64,000 nucleotides of DNA from the human T2T-CHM13v2.0 reference genome, Homo sapiens: the NCBI RefSeq assembly GCF_009914755.1, contig NC_060934.1, one strand, 5' to 3'. The translations under genes were made by a program, and so were the position numbers. The notes below the pieces were generated by a model. The model did not search any database, was not told where the DNA came from, and saw only the letters and a list, made by a program, of their open reading frames with translations. Positions 59,901 through 64,000 of this stretch are shown here, piece by piece; position 1 is the stretch's first letter, and the number at the start of each line of letters is the position of its first letter.

Positions 59901-61740
59901 AATGGATGGACTCATCATCGAATGGATTCGAATGGAATCACCGAATGAAATTGATAGAAATCATCATCAAATGGAATCGAATGGAATCATTGAATGGAAT
60001 CGAATGGAATCATCATCAGATGGAAATGAATGGAATCATCACTGAATGGAAATGAAAGGAGTCATCATCTAATGGAATCGCATGGAATCATCATCGAATG
60101 GAATCTAATTGAATCATTGAACGGAATTGAATGGAATCGTCATCGAATGAATTGAATGCAATCATCGAATGGTCTCGAATGGAATCATCTTCAAATGGAA
60201 TGGAATGGAATCATCGCATAGAATCGAATGGAATTATCATCGAAGGGACTAAAATGGAATCAACATCAAACGGAATTATCGAATGGAATCGAAGAGAATC
60301 AACGAATGGCCTCGAATAGAATCATCAAATGGAATGGAATGCAATAATCCATTGACCCGAATGCAATCACCATCAAATAGAATCGAATGGAATCATCGAA
60401 TGGACTCGAAAGGAATAATCATTGAACGGAATAGAATGGAACCATCGTCGAATGGATACGAATGGAATCATCATCGAATGCAAATGAAAGGAGTCATCAT
60501 CTAATGGAATCGCATGGAATCAGCATCAAATGGAATCGAATGGAATCATTGAATGGAATCGAATGGAGTCATCATCAGATGGAAATGAATGGAATCATCA
60601 TAGAATGGAATCGAATGGATTCATTGAATGGAATCAGATGGAATCATCGAATGGACTTGAATGGAATCATTGAATGGACTCGAATGGAATCATTATTGCA
60701 TGGAATTGAATGGAATCATCGAATGGTCCCGAATGGAGTCATTATCAAATGGAATCGAGCGGAATCACCGAATAGAATCGAATGGAACAAACATCGAATG
60801 GACTCAAATGTAATTATCCTCAAATGGAACCGAATGGAATTATCAAATGCAATCGAATGGAATTATCGAATGCAATCGAATAGAATCATCGAATGGACTC
60901 GAATGGAATCATCGAATGGAAGGGAATAGAATAGTCAATGAACTCGAATGGAATCATCATTGAATGGATTCGAATGGAATCATTGAGTGGAATCGAATGG
61001 AATCATGATCAAATGGAATCGAATGTAATCATCCTCAAATGGAATCAAAAATAAACATCATCAATTGGTATTGAGTGGAATTGTCATCAAATGAAATTCA
61101 AAGGAATCATCAAATGGAACCGAATGGAATCCTCATTGAATGGAAATGAAAGGAGTCATCATCTAATGGAATGGCATGGAATCATCATCAAATGGAATCT
61201 AATGAAATCCTTGAACTGAATTGAATGGAATCGTCATCGAATGAATTGAATGCAATCATCGAATGGTTTGGAATGGAATCATCTTCAAATGGAAAGGAAT
61301 GGAATCATCGCATAGAATCGAATGGAATTATCATCGAATGGCCACGAATGGAATCATCTAATGGAATGGAATGGAATAATCCATGGACCCGAATGCAATC
61401 ATCATCGAATAGAATCGAATGGAATCATCGAATGGACTCGAATGGAATAATTATTGAAAGGAATCGAATGGAATCATCGTCGAATGGAAACGAATGGAAT
61501 CATCATCGAATGGAAATGAAAGGAGTCATCATCTAATGGAATCGCATGGAATCATCATCAAATGGAATCGAATGGAATCATCATCGAATGGAATCTAATG
61601 GAATCATTGAACGGAATTGAATGGAATCGTCATCGAATGAATTGAATGCAATCATTGAATGGTCTCGAATGGAATCATCTTCAAATGGAATGGAATGGAA
61701 TCATCGCATAGAATCGAATGGAATTATCATCGAATGGACT
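47945..61740. repeat. HSat2 higher-order repeat, ~3 x 4551 bp
   Basis: Identical entries at 49747/54298/58849, 51360/55911/60462 and 52123/56674/61225. The first copy is 4556 bp because of one extra GGAAT at ~49441-49465. Boundaries are approximate. Confidence 0.9.
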
Positions 61741-64000
61741 CAAATGGAATCAAAATCAATCGGAATCAAACGGAATTATCGAATGGAATCGAAGAGAATC
61801 ATCGAATGGACTCGAATGGAATCATCTAATGAAATAGAATGGAATAATCCATGGACTCGAATGCAATCATCATCAAATGGAATCGAATGGAATCGTCGAA
61901 TGGATTCGAATGCAATAAACATTGAACGGAATCGAATGGAATCATCACCAGATGGAAACGAATGGAATCATCATCGAATGGAATCGAATGGAATCATCAA
62001 ATGGAATAAGATGGAATCATCATGAAATGGAATCGAATAGAATTATGGAATGGAATCCAATGTGACCATCATCGAATGGACTCGAACGGAATCATCATCC
62101 AATGGAAACTAATGGAATCAACGTCGAATGGAATCGAATGGAAACACCATCGAATTGAAACGAATGGAATTATCATGAAATTGAAATGGATGGACTCATC
62201 ATAGAATGGATTCGAATGGAATCATCGAATGAAATTGATTGAAATCATCATCAAATGGAATCGAATGGAATCATTGAATGGAATCGAATGGAATCATCAT
62301 CAGATGGAATTGAATGGAATCATCATAGAATGGAATCGAATGGATTCATTGAATGGAATCAGATGGAATCATCGAATGGACTTGAATGTAATCATTGAAT
62401 GGACTCGAATGGAATCATTATCAAATGGAATCGAATGGAATCACCGAATAGAATCGAATGGAACAATCATCGAATGGACTCAAATGGAATTATCCTGAAA
62501 TGGAATCTAATGGAATTATCGAATGCAATCGAATGGAATTATCGAATGCAATCGAATAGAATCATCCAATGGACTCGACTGGAATCATGGAATGGAATGG
62601 AATGGAATAGTCAATGAACTCGAATGGAATCATCATTGAATGGAATCGAATGGAATCATCGATTGGAATCGAATGGGATTATGTTCAAATGGAATCGAAT
62701 GTAATCATCATCAAATGGAATCAAAAATATCCATCATCAATTGGTATTGAATGGAATTGTCATCAAATGGAATTCAAAGGAATCATCATCAAATGGAACC
62801 GAATGGAATCCTCATTGAATGGAAATGAAAGGAGTCATCATCTAATGGAATCGCATGGAATCATCATCACATGGAATCGAATGGAATCATCATCGAATGG
62901 AATCTAATGGAATCATGGAACGGAATTGAATGGAATCGTCATCGAATGAATTGAATGCAATCATCAAATGGTCTCGAGTGGAATCATATTCAAATGCAAA
63001 GGAATGGAATCATCTCATAGAATCAAATGGAATTGCCATTGAATGGACTCGAATGGAAACATAATCAAACGGAATCAAACGGAATTATCGAATGGAATCG
63101 AAGAGAATCATCAAATGGCCACGAATGGAATTATCTAATGTAATGCAATGGAATAATCCACGGACCCGAATGTAATCATCATCGAATAGAAACGAATGGA
63201 ATCATCGAATGGACTCGAATGGAATAATCATTGAATAGAATCGAATGGAATAATCGTCGAATGGAAACGAATGGAATCATCATCGATTGGTAATTAAAGG
63301 AGTCATCATCTAATGGAATCGCATAGAATCATCATCAAATGGAATAGAATGGTATCATCATCGAATGGAATCTAATGGAATCATTGAACGGAATTGAATG
63401 GTATCGTCATCGAAAGAATTGAATGCAATCATCGAATGGTCTCGAATGGAATCATCTTCAAATGGAATGGAATGGAATCATCGCATAGAATCGAATGGAA
63501 TTATCATTGAATGGACTCAAACGGAATCAATATCAAACGGAATCAAACGGAATTATCGAATGGAATCGAAGAGAATCATCGAATGGACTCGAATGGAATC
63601 ATCTAATGAAATAGAATGGAATAATCCATGGACACGCATGCAATCACCATGAAATGGAATCGAATGGAATCGTCGAATGGAATCAAATGGAATAAACATT
63701 GAACGGAATAGAATGGAATCATCACCGGATGGAAACGAATGGAATAATCATCGAATGGAATCATCAAATGGAATCAGATGGAATCATCATCAAATGGAAT
63801 CGAATAGAATTATGGAATGAAATCCAATGTGATCATCATCGAATGGACTCGAACGGAATCATCATCCAATGGAAACTAATGGAATCATCATCGAATGGAA
63901 TCGAATGGAAACGCCATCGAATTGAAACGAATGGAATTATCATGAAATTGAAATGGATGGACTCATCATCGAATGGATTCGAATGGAATCACCGAATGAA

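Larger units (their letters stand above)
15088..64000. repeat. Human satellite II (HSat2/HSATII) array, GAATG strand on +
   Basis: Diverged (GGAAT)n with abundant GAATCGAATG and GAATCATCATCGAATG (CATTCGATTC on the minus strand, TaqI-rich), which is diagnostic of HSat2 rather than HSat3. A landmark caaaaataaccatcatcaattggtattg recurs at roughly 2-kb spacing. I saw no inversion or TE insertion. Confidence 0.96.

Noticed and set aside
15507-63652. Many + strand ORFs of up to 241 aa (MESSSNGIEWNHRM…)
   Set aside because: These are translations of GGAAT-derived satellite, which is ATG-rich and stop-poor on this strand. They are low-complexity and recur with the HOR period, with no evidence of coding.
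15088-64000. HSat3, telomeric or alpha-satellite identity, and inversions or TE insertions within the array
   Set aside because: Pure GGAAT runs are short and CATTCGATTC-type motifs dominate, which indicates HSat2. I saw no TTAGGG runs, 171-bp monomers, strand switch or Alu/L1 sequence by eye.

Overview
Hominid (very likely human) pericentromeric heterochromatin with no intact protein-coding gene. Bases 1-15087 are the end of a composite array in which 68-bp beta-satellite blocks alternate with ~2.76-kb D4Z4/LSau-like units. There are two full units (3181-5945, 11599-14357) and the tip of a third (1-92). Each full unit carries a minus-strand DUX4-like pseudogene followed by exon 2, a pLAM/exon 3-like segment and beta-satellite, like the distal 4qA D4Z4 end. 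At 15087/15088 the sequence switches abruptly to human satellite II (HSat2, GAATG/GAATCGAATG on the + strand), which runs to the end of the window in one orientation. The HSat2 has three zones: an irregular edge (~15-30 kb), four tandem 4408-bp higher-order copies (29994-~47624) and about three 4551-bp copies (~47945-61740). This architecture matches what I recall of the chr1 pericentromere (1q12), but that placement is inference. I see no clearly new biological system. The best leads are the complementary decay of the two DUX copies, the beta-satellite state of the FSHD poly(A)-signal position, exact DUX4-motif matches amplified inside the HSat2 repeats, and the readable HOR breakpoints. Comparisons with DUX4, D4Z4 and pLAM use reference sequences recalled from memory, not alignments I ran.
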